DNA of 64,000 bases, taken from contig NW_003314287.1 in the NCBI RefSeq assembly GCF_000143415.4, positions 332,203 to 396,202 of the forward strand. Reading direction: 5' to 3'. The stretch comes from Selaginella moellendorffii. Its lineage: Eukaryota > Plantae > Lycopodiophyta. The position numbers and the translations under genes are program-made. Below, in pieces: positions 16,078-30,548 of this stretch (positions are counted from its first letter, which is position 1; each line of letters starts with the position of its first letter). Below the pieces are notes generated by a model, which was not told the origin of the DNA, ran no database searches, and saw only the letters and a program-made list of their open reading frames with translations.

Positions 16078-19000
16078 ATGGAGGTGGATGATCCGGTTTC
16101 TGGCTTGTCAAGGGAAATCGGGGAAGTTGAACGGCAGATTGCTGTGGTTGAGGGCCAAATTAGTGCGGTTGAGGGCCAAATCAGTGCGGTTGAGGGGCAA
16201 CTCGAGCAACCAAATGATCCTGAGAAGGAGAAGCGGCTGTTCCAGAAGGGGAAGTGGCTGGTCGAGAAGGAGAAACAGCTGCGCAAGGAGAAAGAGCAGC
16301 TGCGCGAGGAGAAGAAGCAGCTGCGGGATCTCTTACTGGAGTCCGAGGGTAAGCCTTTGTGGATGTGGGCTCTCATTGTTTGTATTTCCCTTTTAGATCT
16401 CTTGAAGGATCTTTTGACTTGCGTTGTTTTTTCTTGCAGAACCAGTCAAAGCGGTTGGGACTGTGGCAAATATAGATAGTCTCTTGGATAGGTTTTGGCA
16501 TGAGTTGTGCAAGCCAAATCGTGAATATCCCAAGGCGGATGCGTTTCTGGCGGATTTCCCAACGTGTAAAGTCCCACTGCCAAAAGATCCTACAGATGAA
16601 TGCCCCCGCCTCTTGTGGCATGCACTAGACCAGCCTTTCGAAGCATCCAAGCGTATCATAGAGGTAACTAACAAAGCGCGGCCGTCTCTTCAACGTGTCG
16701 GGATCGGGGAAGACCAGGACATTATATGAGATCGCTGTAGCCCAGCGTGGGCTCTTCTTTGTGGGGGTCTCTGAGACTGGTACTGGAGCTGAAGGTTCAG
16801 GAGATCTCAAGTTAGTGACATCAAAGTTGCTGGAGCTGTATCCAACTGGAGACATTCCAGAAGTTAGTGCTGCAATCTGCCTCAAAGCTTTGCTCATCAG
16901 CAGGTTTTATTTGCTGGGGCAGGTGGAGAAAATGGGCTATTTGACAGGTCAGGCATGGCTCTTCAAGCAGGTTGCACTCCAGCATTTCTATGGCTTCAAA
17001 GATCCGTTCAAGGCGCTCACCATTAGACTTTTAAACTTGATACGGACTGAGGAGGACTTGGAACGCATTGAAGGTCAGTTCCAGGGGGTATTGGATCGTC
17101 TAAAAGGGAATTGGGATGGTCCGATTATATTCGACGAGTGTCAAATAATAAATTGCTGGTTGGAGAAGCGCTTTTCATCAGCGATTCTTGGTTGTAGCAG
17201 CAGATCATTTCTCGACATTCTTGTGCCGGCACTCATAGATTGTGGATTTCGACAATTCTACTATGCAGGCACAGGTGGTAGTATGCTAGCCGTGGCACGG
17301 GGTTTCTCTGCCACTTTGAAGAGAAGAGCTTCTGTTATTGTCTTTCATGGATTTGGTGGATTCACCACTGTTGAGGACTTCAAGCTCTATGCTGGGAAAC
17401 TACTCCGAAGTGTGGATGGTATTGATATGCAGAGGGTCTGTGATTTGTACAAAGGGAGGTACAGGTTTTTTGTCACAGCACTTGAGCATTTCATTGGGAG
17501 CAAGCGTCCCTTGGAGCAGGCAACAGAATTCCTGATTGACTTTTTTGAGAAGATGTGCACCTCGAGTAAGATCAGTCGTTCTCAGGAGGGTGTACCGAAC
17601 AAATCAGAATTGCAAGTCTACATGGATAAGACGGTTCTGAGGGATGTGGAGCAGTTTTTCGAAAGGACTCGGAATGCTGCAGCGGTCAAGGAGCTAAAGG
17701 TGATACTGTGTCACCAGATGTTTGGGTCTATATCCACTGTACTCAACATCAACAATCCATCTCTGAGCCTTGTGGAGTTCGGGTTAGCCTGGCTAAGCAG
17801 GGGAGACAGTGTTGCGTTGGAGGACTTGGATAAGTTCTCTGCAAAGCAGGACAGAGACACTTGGATCAAACTCCAGGAACCTGCTGTCATTCGAGCTCTT
17901 TTCCATTACTTTAGTAATCGGCCAACAGTCTTTGATGAGTTTTGTCAGCAGCAGGCAGTTTAAAGCTAAGGGCCAAGGCAGCGATGTGACAGTGACAGTG
18001 GGTCTTGAGTCTGAAAGGCTGGCGGGGCTTATGATTGACGCATTGGACGGAAAGGCTCCTGTAGACTTTGTGTCTCGCTTTCTTCAGAATCGCTTTGTGA
18101 AACTGAGCAACAACAATTGTGAAGTTCCTGCAATATATTTTGAGAAGGCAAAGGTGGTGAAAGCACGCGTTGCAACAGGAGTTGTGACAAAGATGTGCGG
18201 CAAAAGTCACACCCATGGCTCCGACTGTTATACACTTGAGCAGTATCTCGACGACGTTGAAGGGCAGGCTGACGCACTTCCAACGGTTCTCTGGACTGGT
18301 GATGGTGGCTGGGGTGCCTTTCGTCCAGACGCGTTGGTTTTTCTCACCAAGGAAAGGTGGCCTTCGGAGATGTGAGGCGGAGTGGGCGAGCGAGAACGGG
18401 GCGCAAAGAAATCCCCTTGGTAAGGCATATTTCATTTGATTTTTGACATGTTTATTTTGTCCTTCAGGTTTCACCTCTGTCGGCTGTTTGGGCTGGGCGG
18501 AAACTTCGGGGGATCGTCAACACGGAATTGCTGGATGCTGTGGAAGAGGTGAAGAAAGGTTTGAAGAAACGGAAAAGGGGGTGAAGTGCTCTGCTCGTCT
18601 TCGGCCCACTCACAGTTCTGCCCTGTGTCCTTGATCTTCTGTTGGGAAGTTTTTCAGGGACCACATCAATAAATCTCACTTTGTGAAAACGTTGCAGCAA
18701 GTCTTTCACATAATCCATGATTGCTTCTTTAATGACTATGAGTCGGAGCAGCGGCTCATTTCTTTCTTGCTTATTACAGATGAATGCCGGGGATGATGCG
18801 GCTACTCAAGGTGAAATTTCAAGTGCTTTGGACAGTTTGGATTTGATGAAATGCAGGAAGAAAAAAGATGGAGGTTTGAACAGGCTTAGAGATCTTGCTT
18901 CAAAAAATGGACTACTGCGACTGGCAGTTTTGCCTCATACGGTGAAGGATCTGGAACCGTTTGGTTCCAACTATTTTGCAGGTCAACTCCCTAGTGGTGG

Positions 19001-19139
19001 GCGGCTTTCCCCACTGAAACGGCAAAATGTTAAGGGGGGCATACAGCCATTGTGTGGAGTGATTGGTGGCAGTAACGTGTCTTTGTATCTGAAAGAGTGG
19101 TTGATTGATTCGGTCTGGGTTCTTAAAGCTAATATATAA
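16078..19139 (+). pseudogene. Crinkler/RHS (CR)-type effector gene copy 1: coiled-coil header + P-loop NTPase + restriction-endonuclease-like domain; disrupted
   Basis: Heptad header exon 16078-16348, phase-1 intron, Walker A SGSGKT, Walker B IIFDECQ, YAGTG, KGRYRF, VEFGLAWL, QEPAV, then GLESE..RPDALVFL..LLQM. An 11-bp deletion before Walker A, a +1 break at 17961, a 382-bp insertion at 18351-18732 and a 4-bp insertion disrupt it. Confidence 0.8.
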
Positions 19140-19369
19140 AAATCTGCAAGTTCCCATCAAGACCCTGTAAGTCGTGTCTAGCACAAGGAATACGAAAGAA
19201 AGACTCTGAATCAAACCAGCAATGTAAGTTTCTCCCAGCATTGCAAGAAAAGCGAAAAACCATATCTGGCATTAGCGAACTCGACTGCTGCTCCTTTGAG
19301 AAGGCTTCATCTCTTTGAGACGAAGACCAAACGAAAAAAAAGAGAGAGAGAACGCACGATTTCGTGGAA

Positions 19370-19780
19370 TTGAGCTAGCAATTCCACTTCTCACCCCTGA
19401 CTTGTTTCAGTGCCGCCACCCTCGACTTCTCTCTAGTGATGACTTCTTCCTTTCTAGAAATTCTATCCTCAGAGCCTTCTCTCTCGCCTTATCAATCACT
19501 ATATTCTCTAACGAGTTCTTGCCACTAGAATACCAGCCCCTTGTATTGTGAATGTAGCGCTTGCTACTAGCCCTATGCTCCATCCCTGACTCTCTCTAGC
19601 ATCGTTATCCCAGCCGGAGCTTTCCCAAAGAGATGGATTCCATCGTCTTCTTCCGGGGATGGAGCAGCCACTGGACGATCTGGCTCCTCCTCCACGCGGA
19701 TAATCTCCACCGTCTTGTCCAGGAATTCGTGGAGCTGATCTTGCATGGTAGAGCTTCGGGTGATGATCGGCGCTCGATTC
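19370..19780 (-). pseudogene. Decayed fragment of a conserved plant protein of unknown function (CUSTOS-like), copy 1
   Basis: DQLHEFLDKTVEII..EEDDGIHLFGKAPAGIT..SRVAALKQVRGEKW, with stops and frameshifts; family recalled from motif resemblance only. Confidence 0.45.
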
Positions 19781-21245
19781 TAGGCCTAGCAGCGCGCTAT
19801 AGAGTGAGAGAGCTATAATCCACGACGCAGCTGCGCAGCCGCTTCTCTTCCTCCTCCCCTTCGCTGGATTCTTGCATCGATCGCTTTCTCATCTCCAAAA
19901 CCCTAGGAAGAATGCGCTCACCTCTCTGGATCCAGCAATGCGCGGCCGATCTACCGAGCTCCGCTCCAGCACTCCAAGATCGCATTGATCGATCGGTAAA
20001 CCATGGAGGCTGGAAATATTTCGAGGGCTTTTGGTGTTTGAAAGGGTCAATATGGGCGAGGCTATTGTCGATCCTTCCTGCTGGAGGAGAGCGCGGCTTC
20101 TTCTCCCAGGCCAGGCACTGGATTCGCTACCGCGGCAGCGTCATGGCGCTGGCGACGAGACAATCCCAGGTCCATAGAGCTCGAGGCTATCATTCTTTCC
20201 TGGCGGCTCCGAATTGCTAGAGAATGCTTCCCCTGGAACTCCAGAAGCTAGAAAACAGATTGAGAAGTATGTTGGTGAAAGAATTTCGATGAATTGCCTC
20301 GTTTTCATACTTCTTTCTGGTTTTTGTGGACTCTGCAATGAAAAGGAACTCTTGGACACTGCCAGGAAATCCAAGTAAGATCTATCTGCTTTTTTTCTTT
20401 TGCCGAGAGAGCACTGGTGATTTTGTTTTCCTTCTCCAGGGAGCATGGATTCTAAGGCCGAGCAAAGGAGATCCTGTTGGAGTTGTCCATTTTGTTGTAC
20501 ATCTTAAGGTATGGTTCCATGCTGCCAGGGGTGAACCTTGTGTTTAACTTGTTTTTATAATAAAAAGTTTTCTATTATGTAAAGAATTAAAGAGAATAAT
20601 TTGAAATAAAATTTATAAAAGTTTAAATATAGAAGGAAAGGGTTAATGCATTTTTTTTTTCCAATCGGTTAAAGGTCTTAAGATACTTAAGGTTAAGCGT
20701 CTTTGGGTTTGAATAATATTGGGTTGAGTGACTTCTTAAAAAGTCCAAATCTAGAAATTTACATTTATCCTAATTGATATAAACTCAAGTTTATCTTTTA
20801 TTACTCAACCTATTGCCATATGTTACATCAGGTGGTAGAGCCAATTTTCATTCTTTATGACAATGGCCATACACATAAATATATTGGGATGAGGTTAACC
20901 TAATTGTGTATATGGGTGATATCTAACTTGAGTTGCAGTCATTGTAGCTGGTGCCAAGTCAAATTTTTAAACTCATCATATGAATTAGTTGTGGCATAAT
21001 TATGCCAAGTATAACTTTAAGGTTTTTCTCTTTCATTTTATACTTTTTTATATTTTTTCCATTCTTCTCACTTTTGTTCTTTTTTGTCCTTATACTTTTA
21101 TCTTTTCTTCCATCACTCCATTATTTTTTTCTATGTTTTCATCTTGTTCCTCTATTCTTTCTTCACATCCCTCTTATGGTTTTGTGTTGTAGTAATTGAC
21201 CAACTCATAAAGGAATATATCAATCTCTTGATTAAATGAGCATCT

Positions 21246-24200
21246 TGTCAAGACCCCTAACAAGATCAAGATTGAAAAATGCAGAAGACAAAGAAAAAAA
21301 CTAGTGGAGATGAAAAAAAGGCATTAGATTGGCATTGATTCAGATTGTGGAAAAATGGAATAAAGCTAACTTATATATACTATAGGTTGATGAAGCTCCA
21401 CCACTCTTGGATCAAGGATGGCCTAAATATAGCTGAGGTCAAGGAGGTGCCACGTCATCATCAAGAATGTGGTTCGAGAATCAGGAATCATATAGGAAAT
21501 CAGAGAGTCAAGAATAGGGAAGTGTCTCGAAAGTCAAGAATGTGGTCTACAAATCAAGAATCTGGCGAGAGTCAGGAATGTGGCAAGAATTGGGGGATTT
21601 CTGACAGCACCCCCTCCTCAAGAACGAGTGGAACGAGGACATGAATAAGAATGAAGAGGAGGATGAGATGGGCGTCGAAGGATGGGAGATGGAGAATGAA
21701 AAGAATGAGGACTGGGACGAGAAGGATAGCGACGGTGGAAGTCCTGAACAAGATTAGGAGAATGAATCAGGTTGTCCGCAGATTCCCAAGTGCGTTCCTC
21801 AGGTCCGTAACCCTTCTAGTCTACCAGATAGTAGAGTTAAACCATGAGATCTTGGAATCAAGGATGCCCTAAACCTTGTACTCAGACCCATCCTTGAGCT
21901 GCACTAGTGGAGGCAGAGGAATGACCCGATTTGGAATAAAACTGGGAATATAAGGCTCAAGGAGAGAGGAGTGAAAAACAGGGTGAATTTGATATGAGGA
22001 GGGAAGTGCAAAGCGATAAGTGACAGGATTAATGATGGCAATGATAGGGAAAGGACCGAGGCATTTGAAATCGAGTTTGGGACATGGCCTGGTGGTGGAG
22101 ATGGAACCAGACTTTATCCCCGATATTGTAAGGGGGACAATCCTGACGATGGACATTGGCAAACGTTTCATGAGATTCCTGAGCATGATGGAGGTAGAAG
22201 GAGATGGAGTTGTGGATTTTTTGGAGGTTGGAGACAAATGCCTTAAAGTGGGGATTTGAATGAGAGGATTTAGATGGAGAAGGAAGTGAGAGATTGAATC
22301 AGCCAGAGTTTGCAAAGAAGGGGGAAACTCGAAGGGAGGAGTGAACAGAGTTGTTATAGAAGAACTCAGCAAGGGGAAGGATATCGAACCAGTCATTCTA
22401 ATGATAGTTGATAAAGCACCTCATGAATTGTTCCAATGTCTAAATCATTCGCTCGGACTATCCATCAGTTTGAGGATGATATGCCGAAAAGAGGTTGGCC
22501 TTCACTCCAAGCAGCTGTAAGAACCATTGCCAGAAATGAGATATGAACTAAGGTCCCCGATCCGAAACCACATATGCAGGAATCCCATAAAGTCAGAAAA
22601 TTTCCCTGAATACCAGTTTTGCCATGTCCTCGCCCAAAAACTCCTTGGTACACGGCAGGAAATGCACCATCTTTGTGAAGCAATCCACCACGACTAAAAT
22701 GCTATTGAAGCCTCCAGAACTCGGAAGATCACTCAAGAAATTCATAGAAATGGATTCCCAAGGACCTAAAGGGACCGAGAGGGAACGAAGCAAACATGAA
22801 GGAAGGTGGCGAGGTACTTTATTCCGGGCATAAGTGTCATAGGAGGTAACAAAAACTTTGATGTAGTCATCCATGTGAGGCCACCAAAAGTCCCGTGCAA
22901 CCAGCTCATAGGTTTTCGCAATGCCAAAGTGACCAGCAGTCGGGCTATCGTGGCACGCCATTAGGACCAACCTTCGAGCATCACCTTCAGGAACTTAAAG
23001 CTGCTCCCCATGGTACAACAAGCCATCTAAGAACTCGAACTCGTCAAATCGCCGGCAGTTAGGAGTCACTAGGTGTCCAGCCTGAAGATGGGGGAAAATG
23101 TCACTAGCAAGGTCGTCGGATTGAAGATCATTTCTGATCACGTCCATCAAGGAGGAGTCCTGAGGGGCCAAGGAAATTGCCATAGCTTGAAGCCGATCAG
23201 AACAGAGGATAACTTGATCCTGTTGATCAAAGGCAGGATTACCAGGCTTGAGACTGAGATAGGAGCGCCTTGAATGAGCATCAGGAAGGCCCTGAAGCTT
23301 TCCAGGTCTGTACTTGATAACAAAGTCAAACCAACTCAAGACGACAGCTCAAAACTCGGGAAATGGCAAAGTACTCAAAATTTTTGTGATCCGTCCAGAC
23401 CGTTGTTTGATGGCCCACCCCCTCCAAGAAATGACGCCACTCTCCAAAGGAATCCATGATGGTAAGGAGCTCCTTGTCGTGGATTTCATAATTGATCTCT
23501 ACAAGCTGGAATTTCTGAGAATGGAAAGTGACCGGATGAAATTCTTGATCCACTCCAAGTTGAGATAGCACAACACTGATAGCAAAGTCGAAGGTGTCCG
23601 CCTTGATGAAGAAAGGTTGTGAGGGATTAACGTGGATCAAGACATGAGCAGAATTGAAGGCTGCTTTGAGTGTGTCGAAGGCCTACTAGGCAGCAGCAAA
23701 CCAAGAGAAGGGAACATCCTTGCGAGTGAGATGCGTGAGAGAAAGGACAATGTCGAAGTAGTGATCAATGAATTTGCGGTAGAAGTTGGCAAAGCCAAGG
23801 AAAACCTGAACATCCAACATTGATTGTGGAGGCTCCCATTCGAAAATAGTCTTGACTTTGGCAGGATCCATTGTGATACCCTCAGGAGTGACAATGTATC
23901 CAAGGAACTCCACAGACTCCTGATCGAAGGAACATTTCTCAAGCTTCACGTATAGGCCGTGTTCCCGCAGCTTCGCCAGCACCTTGCACACATGCTCGTC
24001 GTGCTCCTCCTGAGTTTTTGAGTAGATGAGGATGTCATCGAGGTAGACGATCACCATCTGATCAAGAAACTCCCGAAAGACGTCATTTGCCATGTGTTGG
24101 AAAACTGCTAGAGCATTTATCAAGCCAAATGGCATAACAGTGTACTCGAAGTGGCCATAGCAGGTTTGGAATGCAGTCTTCTATTCATCACCAAGCTGGA

Positions 24201-26646
24201 TCCGGATTAGGTTGTATGCTCCATAAAGGTCGATCTTGGTGAAGAAGCGGGCACCACCGAGGCGTTCCAACAGGTCCGAGATCAGGGGCAGCGGATAACG
24301 GTTCCGAACAGTCACCTTGTTCAAACCTTGGTAGTCGATGACTAGCCATAAACTCCCATCCTTCTTCTTGACAAAGAAGATAGATGCTCCAGCCAGGGAC
24401 TGCGAATGTTGAATGTACCCCGATGCAAGGTTCTCATCCACATATTCTTTGAGGGCCTGAAGCTCGGACGGGGATAACCCGTAAATAGGCCCCCACAGAG
24501 GTGACGCTCCTTCCTATAAATCAATGGGACAGTTGTAAGGTTAATGAACAGGCAGTAAATTAGCTTTTTTCTTGTCAAACACATCCCCAAAATCATGATA
24601 CTTCTTAGGAAGACTGACAGGAGAAACATGCAAAGCAAAAAGAAAAACAGGTTCTTCGTGAAGGAGTTCTTTCATAGTGATTGTGGAGATAAGAGGAGGC
24701 ATACAACTGAATGGAATGATGGGATGAGGATACTTGGAAGAGAGGGAAAAGAAGATTGAGGGATAGGGAGCAAAGAGGGTGAAAACTTTGTAAAGTCAGG
24801 AATAGAACCCCGATTTGAGTTTAGGGAACTTTTCCTAATTTGGACTTGATGAACAGTAGGAGAAAACGTGGGAAATGGTGATATGGGAGAGATGAGCTGT
24901 AATTCCTTCCAACAGATCTGAGGCTGATGTAGTTGGAACCAAGGAAGGCCGAGCACCACAGAGGAGGACTTGTTGTTGATGATGTTGAAGGCAATATCGG
25001 TGACGGTGGACCCAATATGTACTCGAACGGGCAATTTTTCCCTAAGTCCAAAAGATGGAGACACAAAATGCCCGCTGATGCCTTCAACCCTTAGATCCCG
25101 TATAGTAGGAGAAAGAGGAACGTGATGTCGGGCAACAAAGTCTGTGTCCATGAAGCAGGAAGTTGCACCCAAGTCCAGTAGTGCTAAAGCCTTGACTCCT
25201 GATTGTCCGGTGAAAGAAAGGAGACATGGGATGTGGAAGTTGTAGAAATTGGTGGTGGCTTTGATGAAAGGTGGTGAGGAGCTTGATAAAGAAGAAAAGT
25301 GATTTTTATTCGGGGAGTCCAAATAGACAACTCCTACTCTATTTGGATAGAGTCGTTTCCTAACTGGAACAAAGGTGGACCTTAAAGCAAAGTGAACTTG
25401 AGCAGTCGGGGAAGCTTCTTAGGACACACAGCTGCTTTGTGATTAGGATCAGCACAATAAAGGCAAAGATTCTGAGATACTCGACATTGCTTCTCAGCAG
25501 GACTAAGCTTCCCTTTGATGAGTTGGGGAGTACCAGAAATATCCATCGGACTGGAGCAATAGGTTCAGGAGTATGCCCTGAGGACTCAAGCTAGGATTCC
25601 TGAGTCTAGAACGGGAAAATGGCGGCGCGGCGACTTTCCTGACAACGTTCAAAGAGATGATTGTTGCATTAAACAACTTTGTTGATGGCGTTCGATCCTC
25701 CATGGTGAGCAACAAATCCTTGACACCGTTGTTGAGGCCGAAATGAAATTGATCAATCAGGGCCCGCTCATCCCACTGAGTGTCCAAGGCAAGGAGTTGA
25801 AACTCCACAACATAGATCGAGGCAGGATGAGACCCCTAAGAGAGATGTCTCATCCTTGTGGTGGCAGCCCGAACCCGATCCATCTCGCCAAAATATGCTT
25901 CAAGCTTCTCTTTGAACAACTGAAAATCCATCAACTTTGGAACCACGACCTCTTTCATGCTCTTCTCTAGGAGAGGAGAAAACCATGACAAAGTTGCACC
26001 TTTGAGCAACGTCCCGATCGCGTCGATTTGAGACTCGGGGGTGGGGTACTGCCGATGTTGAAGTGCGAAGATCAACTCCATCTGGTTCAGGAATCTGCGA
26101 AGCTCCAAACGCTTCCCTGAGAACTTCACCGGGAAACTCACTTTCGGTTCAGGAACTTTTCTTGATCCTTGAGCTGAAAGTGAAGCAAGCTCCTATTGCA
26201 TGTGAAGAAGGGCCACCTTCAGCTCGGTATTCTCAGGCTTGATTTTTGCAAGGACTTCGGCGAAGGAATTAGGATGACTTGGAGACTCCATCAGCAAAGA
26301 AGAAAGAAAAAGGGGAAAAAGGCAAAGATAATCAAAAAATCAAAATGAGCTAAAGTAAAAGCAAAAAGCACAATCTGAATCAAACTGTCAAGACCCCCAA
26401 CAAGATCAAGACTGGAAAATGCAGAAGACAAAGAGAATAGCTAGTGGAGACGAAAAAAAGGACTTAGACTGGTGTTGATTCAGATTGTGGATAAATAGAA
26501 CAAAGCTAACCTATATATACTATAGGTTGATGAAGCTCCACCACTCTTGGATCAAGGACGGCCTAAATATAGCTCAGGAATGTGGTATGCAGGTCAGGAA
26601 TCCGGCGAGAGTCAAGAATGTGGCAAGAATTGGGGGATTCTTGATA
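21246..26646 (-). mobile_element. Full-length but degenerate Ty3/gypsy chromovirus (Tcn1/Tf1-like) copy 1; LTRs 21246-21606 and 26386-26646
   Basis: TGTCA...TGACA LTR ends; TSD CATCT/CATCC; PPT at 21607-21620; gag, protease (ALLDLGATSCF), RT (YLDDILIYS), RNase H, integrase (HDSPTAGHFG, LDFKCLGPF) and chromodomain; many stops. Confidence 0.95.
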
Positions 26647-28555
26647 CATCCCTAATTGGAATAAAATTACGTATTGTAATTTTGGCCCTAGATAACATGT
26701 CAAGTTCTTATTTGTCATCAGTCACTAAAAAAATCAAGATTTTACATGGAAGCGTCAAGGAGATGTTAGACAAGGGTGTTATTCAAAAGTCACAAAATCC
26801 TTGGGCATGTGAACCTTATTATATGATGAAGCCTAGTGAGAGTATTTGTTTTATATCAACTATCATTTGTTAAAAAATGTGATAATCTTAGATGTATGCC
26901 CTTTATCTCACATTACTGATCTCCTGGATCGTCTGGGAAGAAGTCATTAGTTCACTATTTAAATCTTACTTTTAGGTACTAACAAGTGCCAATGGCTAAG
27001 GAAGATATTCTTAAGACTACTTTTTGTACATCATTTGGTTTGTATAAGTTTTTTGGTGATGCTGTTTGGTTTGAAAAATGCTCTAGTGACTTTCCAATAG
27101 ATAATGGATAAGGTTCTTTACGATATACTAGAGATGATTATTAACTTTATCGATAATGGCTTGATCCACTCAGAGAGGATGTAAAAGGAACACATTTGTG
27201 ATATTTGTAAAATGTTGACTCAGATGCAAGAAGTTGGTTTAAAGCTAAAGCGATTAAAGTGCGTGTTTGGGTTTAAGAACACGACTTATCTGAGGTACTA
27301 TATTTTCATAAAGGTTTGCAAGTTGATCCTGACAAATTTGTGTTTATTTTAAAGCTCTATAGTTCAAAGTGTGTGAATCATGTGCAACGCTTCTTAGGCA
27401 AGGTGCAATATTTCGGTTATTTTATTGATCATCTTTTTAATCATTCTACACTGTTGTGAGTATTGTTGAAGTTGTTAACATTATTTTTCATCTAGTATAT
27501 GGATTATAAGTGAGTGTTTACAAATCTTAAAGAGTTGTTAATGACTTCTCCAGCTTTCGTGTATCATGACTACACTTGACTTTTCATTTTGCACATGGAT
27601 GCTTCTAATATCAATCTTGGAGATGTGTTGATGCAAGAGAGCCCAAGTGTATTTAGTTAACACCATCCCATTGCATACATCAGCCATACATTACAACTAG
27701 TAAAGGTGAATTACTCCATAATAGAAAAAGAGTGTTTAACAGTAGTTTGGGGTTTTGAAAAACTTTATACATATTTACATGATTCTTGAACATTACTAAA
27801 AGGTGATCATACTACAATTACTTTATTATTGAAGCGAAAGAACTTGGTTAGTCATATTGCTTAGTGGGCTTTAAAGCTTCAAATATATAATTTTGATATT
27901 GCCCATCACTCGGAGATTTCTATAGTTGAGGCTGACACCCTTTCTCGAGCTCCTTTTTCTTCTTCATTATCTTCTCATGTTTTTAACAAGTTTGCTATTC
28001 CAATAGCTATAGATTTTCTTGGATATGGATTTTGTGTCAATGTTGTTATATTTGATGTTCAGTACCCACAATGTATAGAGCAAAATTTATCTTCTTTTAA
28101 CGAAGTTTGTGAGGCTCCAAAGCTTGAGTTATAGATCTGAAGGTTGCATGATGGGTTTAAGCATATTACATCACTTGTTGATGACTTGTTATTTTAGTAT
28201 TTATATTCTTAATATCACTTTAAGGATGACCTTCTTTATTTTATGAGGAAGAATATTGATGATCATTTATGACTGATGGTGCCTTCAATCTTTATTTTGT
28301 GCTTTCTACATACCTTCCTATTCTAGGCGAGCATATAGGATATCATCATGTGACCAAAAAGTTGTGCAAGTCTTTCTATTGGCTAGAGATGCGACATGAT
28401 ATTATTGTAAGCCACAAATTTTTTCTTTCCAATTTGCCAGCTTACCTCATTTATTCAACTACCACTGCCTTGGCCTTAGTTAAGTTCCCTCGCTAAAGTT
28501 CCCACCTATTATACCAGCTTCTACTTAGTCCTACTTGATTTCAACTACTCATTGC
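26647..28555 (+). mobile_element. Older, heavily decayed Ty3/gypsy pol (RT-RNase H-integrase start) that hosts the chromovirus insertions; its 5' part continues at about 20830-21245
   Basis: EMLDKGVIQKSQNPWA, ITDLLDRLG, KTTFCTSFGLY, MLFGLKNA, HMDASN, NYSIIEKECL remnants. Confidence 0.75.
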
Positions 28556-30548
28556 TGTCAAGACCCCCAACAAGATCAAGACTGGAAAATGTAAAAAACA
28601 AAGAGAAAAGCTAGTGAAAAATGAAGAAAAAGCCTTAGATTGGTGTTGATTCAGATTGTGGACAAATGGAACAAAGCTAACCTATATATACTATAGGTTG
28701 ATGAAGCTCCACCACTCTTGGATCGAGGATGGCCTAAATATAGCTAAGGTCGAGGAGGCGCCACGTCATCATCAGGAATATGGCTCGAGAGTGACAATGT
28801 ATCCAAAGAACTCTTGATTGAAGGAACATTTCTCAAGCTTCGCGTATAGGCCGTGTTCCCGCAGCTTTGCCAGCACCTTGCGCATATGCTCGTCGTGCTC
28901 CTCCTGAGTTTTTGAGTAGATGAGGATGTCATCAAGGTAGACGATCACTATCTGATCAAGAAACTCCCAAAAGACGTTGTTTGCCATGTGTTAGAAAACT
29001 ACTGGAGCATTTGTCAAGCTAGATGGCATAACAGTATACTCAAAGTGGTCATAGTAGGTTTGGAGTGCAGTCTTCCATTCATCACCAGGCCGGATCCGGA
29101 TCAGGTTGTATGTTCCACGAAGGTCGATCTTGGTGAAGAAGCGGGCACCGCCGAGGCGTTCCAACAGGTCCGAGATCAGGGGCAGCGGATAACGGTTCCG
29201 AACAGTCACCTTATTCAAACCTCGGTAGTCAATGACTAGCCGCAAACTCCCATCCTTCTTCTTGACAAAGAAGATAGGCGCTCCAGCTGGGGATTGCAAA
29301 TGCTGAATGTACCCTGAGGCAAGGTTCTCATCCACGTATTCTTTGAGGGCCTTAAGCTCGGACAAGGATAACCCGTAGATAGGCCCCCACAGAAGTGACG
29401 CTCCTTCCTGTAAATCAATGGGACAATCATAAGGCTGATGAATAGGCAGTACACTAGCTTTTTTCTTGTCAAACACATCCCCAAAATCATGATACTTCTC
29501 AGGAAGAGTAACAGGAGAAACATGCAAAGCAAAAAGGAAAATAAGTTCTTTATGAAGAAGTTCTTTTATAGTGATTGTGGAGATAGAAGGAGGTGTACGA
29601 CTAAATGGAATGATGAGACGAGGATATTGTCCAGTGTAAGATGGAAGAGAGGAAAAAGAAAAGGGTGAAAACTTCATAGAGTCAGGAATAGAACCCCAAT
29701 TTGAGTTTAGGGAACTTTTCCTGAGTCAGACTTGATGAACAGCAGGGGAAGCTGTGGGAGATGGTGATGTGGGAGAGACGAGCTGTAATTCCTTCCAACA
29801 AATCTGAGGCTGATGTAGTTGGAACCAAGGGAGGCCAAGCACCACAGAGGAGGACTTGCTGTTGATGATGTTGAAGGCGATATCGGTGACAGTGGACCTG
29901 ATGTGTACTCGAATAGGCAACGTTTCCCTAAGTCCAGAAGATGGAGACACAAATTGCCCACTGATGCCTTCAACCCTCAGATCCCGTATGGTAGGAGAAA
30001 GAGGAACGTGATGTCGGGAGTAAAGTCCATGTTCATGAAGTTGCACCCGAGTCTAGTAGTGCCAAAGCCTTGAGTCCTGATTGTCCGGTGAAAGAAAGGA
30101 GACATAGGACGCGGAAGTTGTGGGAATTGGTGGTGGCTTTGATGAAAGGTGGTGAGGAGCTTGATAAAGAAGAAAAGTGATTTTTATTCGGGGAGTCCAA
30201 ACAGACAACTCCTACTTTGTTTGGATAGGGTCATTTCCCGACTGCAACAGAGGTGGATTTTGAGGCAAAGTGAACTCAAGCAGTTGGGGAGGCTTCTTGG
30301 GACACACAACTGCTTTGTGATTAGGATCAGCACAGTAGAGGCAAAGATTATGAGATATTCAACGTTGCTTCTTAGCAGGACTCAACTTCCCTCTAATGAG
30401 TCAGGGAATACCAAAAATATCCATCGGGACCGGAGCAGTAGGTTCAGAGTATGCCCTGAAGACTCAAGCTAGGATTCCTGAGTCTGGGACGGGACAACGG
30501 CGGCATGGCGACTTTCCTGACGACATTCAAAGAGACGATTTTCACATC
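28556..30548 (-). mobile_element. Internally deleted and truncated chromovirus copy 2 (partial LTR 28556-28789 fused to RT-protease-gag)
   Basis: The same LTR as copies 1 and 3 joins directly to the RT region; [31 protein letters not shown]. Confidence 0.9.

Larger units (their letters stand above)
14760..19780 (+). repeat. Copy 1 of a ~5 kb segmental duplication (copy 2 at about 31086-35845)
   Basis: Colinear high-identity match covering the AT-rich upstream region, the CR-like gene and the downstream pseudogene fragment. Confidence 0.92.
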
